64,000 bases of DNA. Origin: Eledone cirrhosa. Its lineage: Eukaryota. The notes under the pieces are model-generated. The model was not told where the DNA came from. It saw nothing but the letters and a program-made list of their open reading frames with translations, and did no database searches. The position numbers were made by a program, and so were the translations under genes. Each line of letters begins with the position of its first letter. The stretch's first letter is position 1. Positions 51,808 through 64,000 of this stretch are shown piece after piece. The stretch is from assembly GCA_964016885.1 (NCBI GenBank), contig OZ024742.1, forward strand, positions 104,780,001 through 104,844,000, given 5' to 3'.

Positions 51808-53572
51808 ACAAAACTAGAGTATGTTTAAATATAACATAGCACCCCATTTCTTATGCTTAAATAAGCTGCTAAAGTCATATGTCTAGTCATAGTTTCTGAC
51901 AAAAATATGCAAGCTTTATGTAACTGTCTATAAAGAATCATGGCGTCTCAGAGACAATGGAAGTGATGGATAACTGTTCATTTTGAATTAAAAATTATTT
52001 TCTTCCTTCTTTTTTTATGATTTTATTTCAACATCCTATCACTTCCCATGATAAAACAAGCAACTTTTATCCATTCTGTCCTTGAAATAATACTTCTTTC
52101 TGGTTTTATTGTGGTTTAAGAAAGAGAAATGATGAAAAGAAAAATATAAATGGCGACCATGGTGTGACTGTGATTTGTTATGTAAATATGAAGTGATTCA
52201 TTGTTTGCGGTTATTTTCAGTTCACCAGACATGGTGTGTGTGTGTATATATATATATATACTATATATATATGTATATATATATATATGTGATGTTTACA
52301 TGTGTGCATTTGTATGTATCTGTGTTTGTATGTATATGTATAAATGTAAATATATATATATATATATGTATACATATATATATGTGTGTTTGTGTGTGAA
52401 GATATTTACATGTGAGTGTGTGCGCGTTTGCATGCATCAGTTAATTTGTCCCAAATATGCATGTTTATATTTATGAGTTTGTGTTTGTCATGCATGCATG
52501 TCTTGTGCATATGAAATTGCTTTTATGTGTGAGCTTGTATGATTTTGTATTTGTGTTTGCATGTACCCCTTTGTATGTGTGTGTGTGTGTGGGGGGGGGG
52601 ACTAAATATGATGGTGAATGAGAGTTAATATATCATTAATATATCAAATATCTTCAAACTAGGCTCAAGGCCAATTTTTGTACAGAAGTGTGTGTGTATG
52701 TATATATGTGAGTGTGTGATCCTGGAAGTACGCAGGTGAAACTCCAGACTAACAAGCCTCACTACATAGTTATAATATATATATATATATATATATATGA
52801 TCAATAAAATAACTACCCATACAAATGGTTGTGAATACTGGTAATAAATAGGTTGCTGGTTCAAATGCTGTCATTGAAGCTATGAAGTTGTCATAGCCAA
52901 GAGACAAGTAGGTACCACAGAATGTTATATGCAGCAAATCTTCCATGAAATCAACAAGTGATTCATTAACAAGTAGTATTAAATTAATTTTCACCTTTGA
53001 GGAAAAGTTACTTATGACATATTGTTACCCTGTTCATGAACAAATATCTCTCTTAGCCAACACTGGTTTGATGATATTGAGTTTGAGCGTACTGGGTGCG
53101 TCATATCACGATACCAGTACTAGATGTTATCAGGTTCTTGGCATAAACAAAGAATCTTCTCAAGTCTACCTTATCTCTGATTAAGTGCTGACATGGTCTG
53201 TGATGAACTGTCCGACCCATTCTAGCAGGGAAAATGGGCCTTAAATAATCATGATGATAATGATGATGAATATATAGTTATAGACAGGACATTTATAGCA
53301 TAACTATGTGATGCCAAGAGCAAGAGTAGAAAGTCATCAATCAATATGCTTATATCTTTATTGATATAGAGACACACTAGCTGTGTAACACATAAATACA
53401 CACACATAGTTACATAGCAACATACACATCACACACACATATATATATACATATATACATACATGCACACATATATATACATACATGCACACACACCTGT
53501 ACATGAACATACACAAACATGTGCTCACACGAAAAAAAAAATAGGACAATAATAGATACCATATATATAGCT

Positions 53573-53916
53573 GGAGGCACATGGCTTAGTGGTTAGAGCA
53601 TCGGGCTTGCAATCGAAAGGTTGTGAGTTCAATTCTCAGACCAGGTGATGTGTTGTTTCCTTGAGCAAGACACTTTATTTCACATTGCTCCAGTTTACTC
53701 AGCTGTAGAAATGAGATGATAGGACTGGGGTCCCTATCATTCCACTGCAAAGTGGTCGTGGAAGTGTCACGGCAAAAAAGCACCCAGCACTCACTGTAAA
53801 TGAGGTTGGTGTTAGGAAGGGCATCCAGCTGTAGAAATCAAGCCAGAATTAGCTCCCGTCCCACCCTTACAAGTAGGGAAAAGTGGACGTAAAATGATGA
53901 TGATGATGATGATGAT
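53573..53916 (+). mobile_element. Full-length CORE-type tRNA-SINE with RTE tail and (GAT)n end
   Basis: Near-identical to 37216-37540. Confidence 0.88.
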
Positions 53917-54750
53917 AGATATATGCATATTATACACAAATTCAAACATACATAAATACATGTATACCTACATCATATATATTAACAGAGCCTTGATGAT
54001 AATCACAGTTAAATAAATAGATAGCGATATGTGTGTGCACACACCTGAATTTATAGATACATACATACAGACAGGCTGGCTTTCCTTTTCTCCTCTCTCG
54101 GTTCTTTCTCAACATTTGGCATGGTGGAACCAAAAATTGAAGCAGATAATATGATTCTCTAGACTTCTTCATCTTTCTGAATTAACCATATCTTGTTTTT
54201 AAGATTTCTAATCACATGTTTTTAATACTGTTATTTTTATTATCATTTCGATGTTTAATAGTCACTTTTCTCACTCTAACTTCTTGCTATAGTGTCTCCG
54301 CAGTCCTCCCATCCACCCTCTATCCAACACCTACCGGCTCGCTGTTTGGCAGCCATGGCCTTGCAACTCCCTTTCCACCCCTTCCCACCTGTTGCTTTTC
54401 ACACCATCACATTTACTCCCCACTCCTACATCAACAATGCCAATTCACTCTGAGAAAAGTAAGATTTCAATTCATGGGGCAGATGCTGAGCTTTGTAAGC
54501 AACCAAGACGGCAGATTGTCTAAGATGGGAGAAGCTCCAAATTACAAATGACCTGTACAGGGCAGATGTGGGTTCTGTAACCTGTAGTGAAGGCAACCCG
54601 TCAAGTAGAATAGATACCCAAATAAAATTAACATAGGGTGAAGAAGACTCTTGAGTCCAATAAAACAACTTCTCTAGTGCTGGTGTCATCTAGAAAACAC
54701 ATATGGTGTTATGAGGCTGTTTGCTTGCAGACGAACCTAATATTAATAAT

Positions 54751-54930
54751 TGCTTCTACTTTTGGCACAAGGCCAGCAATTACCCAGTGCATTACTGGTA
54801 CTTTATTTTATCAACCCCGTAAGGATGAAAGGCAAAGTTAACCTCGGTGGGATTTGAACTCAGATCATAAAGGGAGGTAACTCTATGCTTCAAAGCATGG
54901 CGTCTGACCCTCTACCGATACTGCCAATCC
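54751..54930 (-). mobile_element. Family B SINE with perfect 17-bp TSD
   Basis: TSD AACCTAATATTAATAAT at 54734-54750 and 54931-54947. Confidence 0.9.
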
Positions 54931-55190
54931 AACCTAATATTAATAATATTATTATAATATCATTATTATTAATTCACGAATACACACACACACATATATA
55001 TGTATATATACATATATCTATATCTATCTCTCTCTCTCTATATATATATATATAACAAGGAAACAAGAAACGAACAAACAAGAGGATGCAATAACATGAA
55101 GTGTATTAGTTTCACACTTGGTGGAAGAAGAATAGTATATACATATGAACACACACATACATATACATACACACACACATACATACATAC

Positions 55191-55246
<56 letters not shown>

Positions 55247-55739
55247 AAGCGTAGATATGTGAGTTGATAAAGTGCACTGGTACAAGTAGCTGGACAATAG
55301 ACTAGGAATACTGTCAGGTTTTCAACGCCATTGATTATTGCTCCCCTCCTTTCACCTTCCTTCAGTACATTATGTATTGTTCCTGGAACTATCATATTCA
55401 ATAATGGACTGTGTATGTGAGAGGTGCATCACTGACACATCATTGCTTCTGATGTATATCTATATTGTCATGTTCAACTAACTGCATATATATCTATATT
55501 TCACAAACAATATAGCTATATGCCACTATCTATATAGCCAACTCAGTAGTAGTAATAGTAAAGATTTCGTTTATTGGTCACAAGGGTCCTAATCACTTGA
55601 GACATGGACACAAAACAATATAGATTGAAGTTTACTTTAAATAAAGGAAAGAGCACATTAACAACCGCAAAAGAATAAGTACAACAATAATGATCGTAAT
55701 AAATAGTCATGGTAACAATACAAAACAATAAATAATAAT

Positions 55740-55921
55740 AATTGTTTCTACTTTTGGCACAAGGCCAGCAATTATCCCAGTGTATTACTGATACTTTATT
55801 TTATCGACCCCGTAAGGATGAAAGGCAAAGTTAACCTCAGCGGGATTTGAACTCAGACCATAAAGAGCCGTAACTCTTTGCTGCAAAGTATGGTGTCTGA
55901 CTCTCTACCGATACTGCCAAT
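55740..55921 (-). mobile_element. Family B SINE (an older relative follows at about 55930-56060)
   Basis: Reverse-complement match to the family B body. Confidence 0.85.
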
Positions 55922-56145
55922 CAGAATAATAATGGTTTCTGATTTAGGTACGAGGCCAACAATTTTGGAGGGAGGGGCAAAGTTGATTACATCAACCCTA
56001 GTTCATAACTGGTACTTTGTTTTATTGACCATGGAATGATCAATAACAAAAATTAACTCAGAATGTAGAAAGCTGTAACTAAATACATTGATACTACTAA
56101 ATCAACATGATGATGATGATGATGATGTTGAGGAGGCAGAGGAGG

Positions 56146-56640
56146 GTTTATTTTATTTGCCATAAGGGTGAAGGGCAAGAGAACAGTATAGGGACAAATT
56201 ACAAGAGTACTGGGGGATTATGTAGAATTGATTATGAAAAGGAAAAGTCATTGAAAACAACAGTTTAGAAAAGGAATGAAATGAGGTCCCAAAAGGGTGA
56301 CAACTACCTAGAGCCACCTAAGGAACCTTTCAGATCCAGAATTATTCTAATTACCCAAGGAAATTAACATTTCCCAGCTACATTCTCCAGCCCACAGGTG
56401 CATACTGAAAGTAGGTTCATTCTCTGGGTTATTCTCTCCACTTTTATCCAACTTTCAGAAAATCACTGGGAGGCAGTACCCTCTCCTCACTTCTAACTTC
56501 CTCTCCAAGTAGAACTTAAAGAAGTTGCTGAAATCTTGGTTGAAGAGAAAAGTGTTTTATTCATCATACAATATTTTCACCTTAGTCACAGAACAGAAAA
56601 AAAATGCCTGCCTCTCCTGGCTAAAAGAAAACAGTGACAT
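56146..56640 (-). mobile_element. Possible degenerate 3' end of an L1/Tx1-like LINE
   Basis: Minus strand gives NFFKFYLERKLEVRR-like residues followed by a UTR ending ...AAATAAAATAA; weak recognition only. Confidence 0.35.
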
Positions 56641-56812
56641 GATTCTCATAATCATCATTTTTACATAGACTATTCAATGCTGGCATGAGTTAGATGGGTT
56701 TTTTTGAGGCAATGTTTTACAGCCAAATGCCTTCCTTGACACCAACCCTTTTATTTGCTTCTTATGACACACAGATACACAGTATAGTTATTGTAAACTA
56801 GTTACAAGTAGT

Positions 56813-57029
56813 TTAACCCTTTAGCATTTACATTACTCTATATTTACTATTGTAAACACTTTATTTCACATAATTATCTCACATAATTTCAAATCTATGA
56901 GATTTTCATATTAGTTATTTTGAGAAGAATTCCTTAACATAAGTATGAATAGCTGGTTACGGCTAGTTTGAACAGAAAGAGGTGAGAGAATTTTGGCTGG
57001 ATACGGCCGGTTAAATGTTAAAGGGTTAA
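56813..57029. mobile_element. piggyBac-like MITE
   Basis: TTAA-CCCTTTAGCATTTA ... TAAATGTTAAAGGG-TTAA. Confidence 0.7.
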
Positions 57030-58205
57030 AATATTTATTATTCTAAAAACCTCCCATCATATGGATTATGAGAGGAAAGGGGCAACTCAGTTAATAACCA
57101 GATCCATTATGTGTGACAACATTAACTGCCCCAGACCGCAATGCTTAGACACTGAACAAATGCATGCAGGATGGTTTCCACAATCTGTGTGCATTTCAAA
57201 CAATCCCAGGTGATGGAACTACTATGTCTGTAGGGTTTATTTTAGACCAGTAATGATTCCTTGGTAGCAATGCCAGGCCAGTGGTTTCTGAGTGACAGTA
57301 TTTCAGAATTAAGTTGATCTTAATTCTCCCCAGAGTCACATTAAGTTCTTTTGAAGCCATAAGCCCTTAAAAGATTATGGTGCCCATCATATATAAAGTC
57401 TGCAAAAAAAATTTTTTTTTTTTTAATGACAAATAGAATAAATTTGAATAAAATGGTGCCCCTCTTCCCTTGATTCTCTAAACATGAGTTTATTTTGCTT
57501 AATGGTTAATCCAACCCTGATTGACACCCAGAGTCTCTTTAAGAATGTTGTGGCTGTTAACCAACCCTAAACTATAGAATGCAAGGGTTGACATATCACC
57601 AGTTATGCCCAACTGGTTTAAAGCTGTGAGTACCTGGCATTATACTAAATGCCAGAAACTTAGTCTTGGTCTTTCCTTCAAGGACTGCAAGCAAAACATT
57701 TTAGGGAAGGGTATGGCTAAACATATCAATAGACTTAGTAGCAAATATAAAGGAAACAGTGATGTTTATTCCCTAATTTAGAAAACCTAAAGTCAAAGAT
57801 GTTCCAACCATGACCTATCCTGTCTTTTCTTCAAATATAGTGTATAGCTATTATCCAATTATTATCCAATGTGTCATTTGTTTTCTTTTTAACTCTTAAC
57901 ATTCTGTATGACATAAAAACACATTAGCAAGACATTCTTGCAAAGTACAAAAGAGCAGTATGATTGCATTACATTTAAAATTAAAGTATTTTAGTTTACT
58001 GCAAATTTTCGTAATAAACTGCCACTATTAAAGATATTATAAACACTTAAATTAATAGACCTATTTTTAAATATTTTTCTACTAAATCATTATAGAATGT
58101 AAAGAGTTAAGGTGTTAGTTTGAGATTTGAGGGAAAGTTAGCTCTGCTTTTTAGAATAATGCACAAGAAACAAAAAAGAAAAGGAGCTATCATAAAAGAA
58201 ATAAT

Positions 58206-58394
58206 TGTTTCTACTTTAGGCACAAGGCCAGCAATTACCCAGTACATTACTGGTACTTTATTTTATCGACCCCGTAAGGATGAAAGGCAAAGTTAACCTC
58301 AACGGGATTTGAACTCAGACCGTAAAGGGACATAACTATGCGTCAAAGCATGGCGTCCGACCCTCTACCGATACTGCCAATCCACAAATTGGAT
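58206..58394 (-). mobile_element. Family B SINE with 18-bp TSD
   Basis: TSD TATCATAAAAGAAATAAT at 58188-58205 and 58395-58412. Confidence 0.88.
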
Positions 58395-59427
58395 TATCAT
58401 AAAAGAAATAATAATAAAATGGAAGACAAACAAAAAGTCTGTCGCTATTTCCAAAATTTAGGCAACAAAATATCCAGATATGCAGAACTATCCAATCTCA
58501 TACTAGCAGAGAGGATAAAAATATAAGCAAAAGCAATGGGATTGAAGCTATAAAAACAAACTGAAGGAGAGAAAAATGATATACAAATGATACATTTTTC
58601 ACAGTTAGCAGTCAACCCCATAAGAAGACACACACACCTCAGAAAGATATATACCTTGCTGTTTGTTGTACTGAACTGTAAGTGAACTAGAATGTTATTT
58701 CCTTGTGAGATATCTGACATACTTATGTCACAAACAGGTGGGTTATATATATATACCTAAATACACACATACACACACCACCCTCATCATCCTACCTTCA
58801 TAAAGAACATAAGAAGAGAATTCTAGAGAAAATTCACATCTGTTTTAACTACCCACAGAATATGAGAAACTTTTTTAATATTTGATGAGATTGACATATG
58901 AATCAAAATCAGTAATATTGATAAAACTTAAACTCAATGTAACAATTATAAAAATATACAAATATTTATTTTGTCAGGTTAAAGAAAAAATAATTAATCT
59001 TTAAATATACCCCTGTGCTTTTCCAATTTTACTTTTTATCTATAATCTTCGATTTGTATGAGAATTTCTCCCCCTTTTCAACTATACACACAAATATATA
59101 TATATTTATGTATACATACACACACACACATATATATATACATATACATCTATATATATATATACATATTCATCTATACATATACACATACACTTGTGTG
59201 TGTGTGTGTGTGTGTGTGAACCATTGTAATAGTGTGAATCACAACAGGATAATGGCCATAAAAGATCTGTACACGTAGGGTGGATATTTGGTAGCTGGAT
59301 AGTCAGCAGTTAACATTGGATTGGAGGTGTGCAGTTTTTCCTCTTACATATTATCACCACCATTGTCATCATAATTTTTGCATCTGTTTTTCCATGCTTG
59401 TATGGGTTAGACAAGTCCTCTCCGGTA

Positions 59428-60001
59428 CACCATACACTAACAACATATTACTAAAAATATGTTCACCACACACTAACAACATATTACTAAAAATATGTTC
59501 ACCACACACTAACAACATATTACTAAAAATATGTTCACCACACACTAACAACATATTACTAAAAATATGTTCACCACATACTAACAACATATTACTAAAA
59601 ATATGTTCACCACATACTAACAACATATTACTAAAAATATGTTCACCACACACTAACAACATATTACTAAAAATATGTTCACCACACACTAACAACATAT
59701 TACTAAAAATATGTTCACCACACACTAACAACATATTACTAAAAATATGTTCATCACACACTAACAACATATTACTAAAAATATGTTCACCACATACTAA
59801 CAACATATTACTAAAAATATGTTCACCACACACTAACAACATATTACTAAAAATATGTTCACCACACACTAACAACATATTACTAAAAATATGTTCACCA
59901 CATACTAACAACATATTACTAAAAATATGTTCACCACACACTAACGACATCTTACAAAAAACATGTTCACTATACTAAAAGTATGTTCACCACATACTAA
60001 C
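59428..60001. repeat. 36-bp minisatellite, 14 near-perfect copies plus degenerate ends
   Basis: Unit CTAACAACATATTACTAAAAATATGTTCACCACA[C/T]A repeats from 59437 to 59940 with exact 36-bp period. Confidence 0.95.
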
Positions 60002-61837
60002 AGATATCTTACAATAAATAAATAAATAAATAAATAAATAAATATAATTAAATAAAAAAAAACTAAAATGTATGGTATTTGTTCACTCTAAACCGTTGAG
60101 AGAAAATTAATAGTTTGAAAGCATGAACTGGAGACATTACCTGAAAAACTCCATTACTAAAATAGGCTACTTCAATAGGATTCTAGAAATCAATCTGTAA
60201 GTGGAATAGTGAAGACATGAAAGTCTTTCCTAGAATTCTTCAATCTGTTATCCAAATTCAAGTGACAGAACTTTGAATCTGAGTTTGACATTAGCCTTTT
60301 CTTTATAGGAAGAATTAAAAAGGAGAGAGAGAGATACAGACAAACACACATACAGACAGCCATTCATACAGACAAACAGACATACAAACAGACAATCAGA
60401 TTCAATTTGTTTGATGGACCTCTGTCAGTTTCAACGATGACTGTTTTCCAGTTGTTCAATCAATGGAACAGCCAATTCATGAATTTAATGTCTAAGCGGC
60501 TGAGCATTTCACAGACATGCACACCCTTAATGTAATTTTCAGGGTTAGGGTTAGCATTACAGGTATAGTGTATTTTATCATTGCACCAACACTACCATTT
60601 TACAGAGTGTACTGGGCGAATTTTATTGTGGCATTGAGTTATATTGAGTGTCTCCCACCATGACACCAATACTAGAGAGGTTGGTTCATCCATGGCAGGC
60701 TAAAAGGAACCTTTTCTCTCCAATCATTCTCTGATCCCTTATATTTATGTTTTAGCACTGAAGGGTTTCTGTTGGAGGGTGGTTCCTTTTGAGATGAGTT
60801 ATTCTGTTCTGTATGTCACTAGAAATAAGTAAGTCTGAGATACTTGGTTCATAATCTTCATAATTATTTCACATCTTTCCCTGCCAGCAAGGGTTGGACA
60901 GCTCATCACGAGCCAATTTATCATCATCATCATCATCATCATCGTTTAACGTCCATCTTCCACGCTTGCATGGGTTTGGACGGGAGTTTTCCCACTTGAG
61001 GCAAGAGTGGTTGTCTCGCTCGCATAGGACTGTCTGGCGGGTTTTCTACGGCTGGATGCCCTTCCTAACACCAACCACGTTTACAGTGTGGAATTTTATA
61101 TTTAATCAGAGTTACTACCTTTCAGACAGGCCATGGGTTCTCACTCTCTACAACTAAGAAAGTTGTCATGTCTTTGACACAACTGAATAGTCCGTTCAAC
61201 TCTTTGTTTAGTATGTTTTCTATGGCTGAATGCCCCCTCCTATCACCAATCACTTTACAAAATGTAGTGGGTGGGTTTTATTGTGTCACCAACACTATAG
61301 ATATTGTTGGAACCATGATAAACTGAACAGTTCTCTCAAAACTATTTTGGGGTGATTCGTACAGCTGAATGCCTTTCTTATCATTTTACAGAGTGCACTG
61401 GGTACATTTTTGTGGCACCAGCACTAGAGTCATGTGATTATAGAGTCCTCTCAGTTAGTTTTGGCATGGTTTCTATGACTGGATGCCCTTAAAACATTTT
61501 CAATTTCTTCAATGAAAATACTCAACTAGTTATTGAATGGATATCATACATTGTACTTTAACAAAGAAAACATTCTACTTTTTTCATTTAACCAAGCTGA
61601 AAATTAGGTATCAGCCATTTCAAAAACTTTTTGATGAACTATAAAAGAAATCCAGCTGTAAAAACACACTCTCATAGAACCCATGTGCAACTATCTAAAT
61701 TTAAAGAATCATCCAGCCTATGCACAAAAAATAACATGTTATATGTTATTTTTTGTGGTTATATGTTATTTTTTGTGGTATATATGCCAAAAGGGTTGGT
61801 GGAGGGTTGGAGAAAATAGAACTAACAAATATTTTCT

Positions 61838-62003
61838 ATAATTGTTTCTACTTTTGGCATAAGGCTAGCAATTACCCAGTGTATTACTGGTACTTTATTT
61901 TATCGACCCCGTAAGGATGAAAAGCAAAGTTAACCTCGGCAGGATTTGAACTCAGAATGGAAAGGGCCGTAACTCTTTGCGTCAAAGCATGGGGTCCGAC
62001 CAA
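61838..62003 (-). mobile_element. Family B SINE, 5'-truncated
   Basis: Reverse-complement match to the family B body. Confidence 0.85.
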
Positions 62004-62048
62004 GCAAAGAATATATATATATAAATACACATACACATACATAGAAAT

Positions 62049-62079
<31 letters not shown>

Positions 62080-63879
62080 TAAATTACATACATTTCATTT
62101 TTTTTTTCAAATATAGGGATTGGTTGTGAATGAGGTCATGATATTTGGGAGTGTGTTTCCTTATCTCTCTAGCCTCTCTATTCAGCAGAGGGCAGAATCA
62201 CACTCGACTCATTTCTAAATCAGCAGGAATATAAGCACCACTTTGAAGCTGAGTCTTACTCTAGTTATCATCACTGGTTTGTTCCATCTCACTTCACCTT
62301 CACTCAATGACAGAATTATGGGTGGGTGGCAGAGGATTGGCAAAATCATTAGAGCATGGGACAAAATGATGTGTAGCTCAAATCCTACTTAAGTAAATTT
62401 TTCCTTTCACTCTTGCAGGGTCAATAAAATAATGTACTTGTCATGTACTGAGTTGATGTGATTGGTTTTCCCTCTGCACAAGTTGTTGACCTTCTGCTTA
62501 AATTAGAAATCATTATGGTATATTTGCTTGTATATAAGGGTGTATGTGTATACATGTATGTATACTTATATTGTATGTATGTCATCACCATCATAGTTTA
62601 ACATCTGTTCTTCTTGCTAGCAACAGTTGAACATGTGCTTGTAATTTTGTAGTTATGCTTGTGCATGTTATGCTTGTGCATGTGTGCATATGTAAATATA
62701 AGTATGATGGAGTCATATTAGTGAAGTTTCAGCTTCTATTATCTGTCTGTGTTTATCTATCTACCTATCTACATGTATTTAGAACACTTTTATTTCTAAT
62801 GCCAGATATATGTCTATATGGTTAAGAAGTTTGCCTTACAATAAGGTGGCTTTGGGTTTAATACCACTATGCTCATATATATGTGCATGTGTGTATAAAT
62901 GCATATACACAGAAACACACACACATATATAAAAATACACATATGTATATGTGTATATATCATCATCTTTGTTTTTTTTTGTCAACTTTTCCATACTGAG
63001 GACGTTTTGAAGCAATATTTTACAGCTGGACGCCCTTCCGCATACCAACTCCTTTAATCCTTTCTAATACATAGGAATATGGTGTATATATTCTAAATTG
63101 TGTGGGGGTGGGGGTGGGGGGACGGGCTGAGAGAGCATCAAAACACTGCCCCATCATGGCTTCACACCAAAAAGTGAAATCAGTAAAAGAATAATTTTAC
63201 TCTTAAAAGAATATATTATATATAGATGCTATCATCACCACCATCAATTTACATGTTTTTTAATAATGGCATGGGTTGGGCTATGTACACACACACACAT
63301 GTTCATATATTCACATTTGGTTTTATAATTTACTATTTTCAAATCTAACTTCAGGAAACCTGCCAGCCATTTGGTAACCTCTTCAACAGGTGAACACATA
63401 AGCCAGAGTGAATTCTTGCTTATTAAGAAATAGGATATAAATGTGAAACTCTTTCCAGGAGAAGATTGTACTTCTTTACTCTCCAACATAAGTTAGTAAT
63501 CAGAAAATCTCTGCATGGCATATTCAACTAGAGGGAGGAAGGAAAGAGGAGATAGACACATATGATATGGAGGGCAATTGGAAGTTCCTACATGACAATC
63601 TACTGCAGGTAATTAGAGATGGTGAAACAGTTCATGGATAGAGCCATTAAAGCTAAGAGACAGACATGGAAAAACTGGTAAGATGGAGGCAGCAAAGAAC
63701 AATATCAAGTAGCTAAAACAGAAGCTAGATGACAGGTTACATGTAAAGAAGATGAAAACAGGAGGTGTGTCAACATCCTGAGATGTGAAGATCAGAGAGG
63801 TGTGGTTTTCTGTATGGCCAAGCAATGTGTCAGTATGACTCAGGATGTCATTGGGGGAAAGTGTGTTCAAAATGACAAT

Positions 63880-64000
63880 GATACATGTTTGTGAGACGAA
63901 GGCAGTGAATGCAGAGAATATGAAAATATTGAAGAATAATGAAGCGAGTATGCTTCAATGGATATGAGATGTTAATGTGTATGAATGATAAAGCATGGAT
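63880..64000 (+). mobile_element. Degenerate RTE LINE fragment running off the window end
   Basis: Encodes ETKAVNAENMKILKNNEASMLQW, homologous to ETWALRAEDLCRLERNEACMLCW at 41.6 kb. Confidence 0.6.

Noticed and set aside
52770-52994. 74-aa minus-strand ORF with possible AG/GT boundaries
   Set aside because: No recognisable homology and weak splice signals.
59428-60001. CRISPR-like array (36-bp palindromic repeats)
   Set aside because: The repeats are head-to-tail with no unique spacers, there are no cas genes, and the context is eukaryotic. The 220-aa and 193-aa ORFs only reflect the 36-bp period.

Overview
AT-rich, repeat-dense eukaryotic non-coding DNA with no confidently identifiable host gene. 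The repeat complement (CORE-type tRNA-SINEs with RTE tails, a second abundant tRNA-SINE, RTE and CR1-type LINEs, very abundant (TA)n/(ATG)n/(GTA)n microsatellites) suggests an octopus or other coleoid cephalopod intron or intergenic region; the organism is inferred, not proven. The only clear protein homologies are dead transposon ORFs: a 5'-truncated CR1-type LINE (37.7-40.1 kb, +), an RTE LINE with a C4HC3 PHD finger embedded just after the RT core (41.4-43.4 kb, -), a non-autonomous Helitron with intact termini (32.3-33.7 kb), and R4-like, Tx1-like and further RTE remnants. Mariner-type and piggyBac-type MITEs are also present. The most notable signals are two minimal type I hammerhead ribozyme folds (4557-4624 and 12722-12792). 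One lies inside a 60-bp inverted repeat whose upstream arm is antisense to the ribozyme's 3' half. There is also a set of long fold-back palindromes, several ending at (TA)n tracts, consistent with Penelope-like/retrozyme remnants. Nearly all ORFs in the supplied track are microsatellite or antisense artefacts. Coordinates were read by eye and may be off by a few bases.
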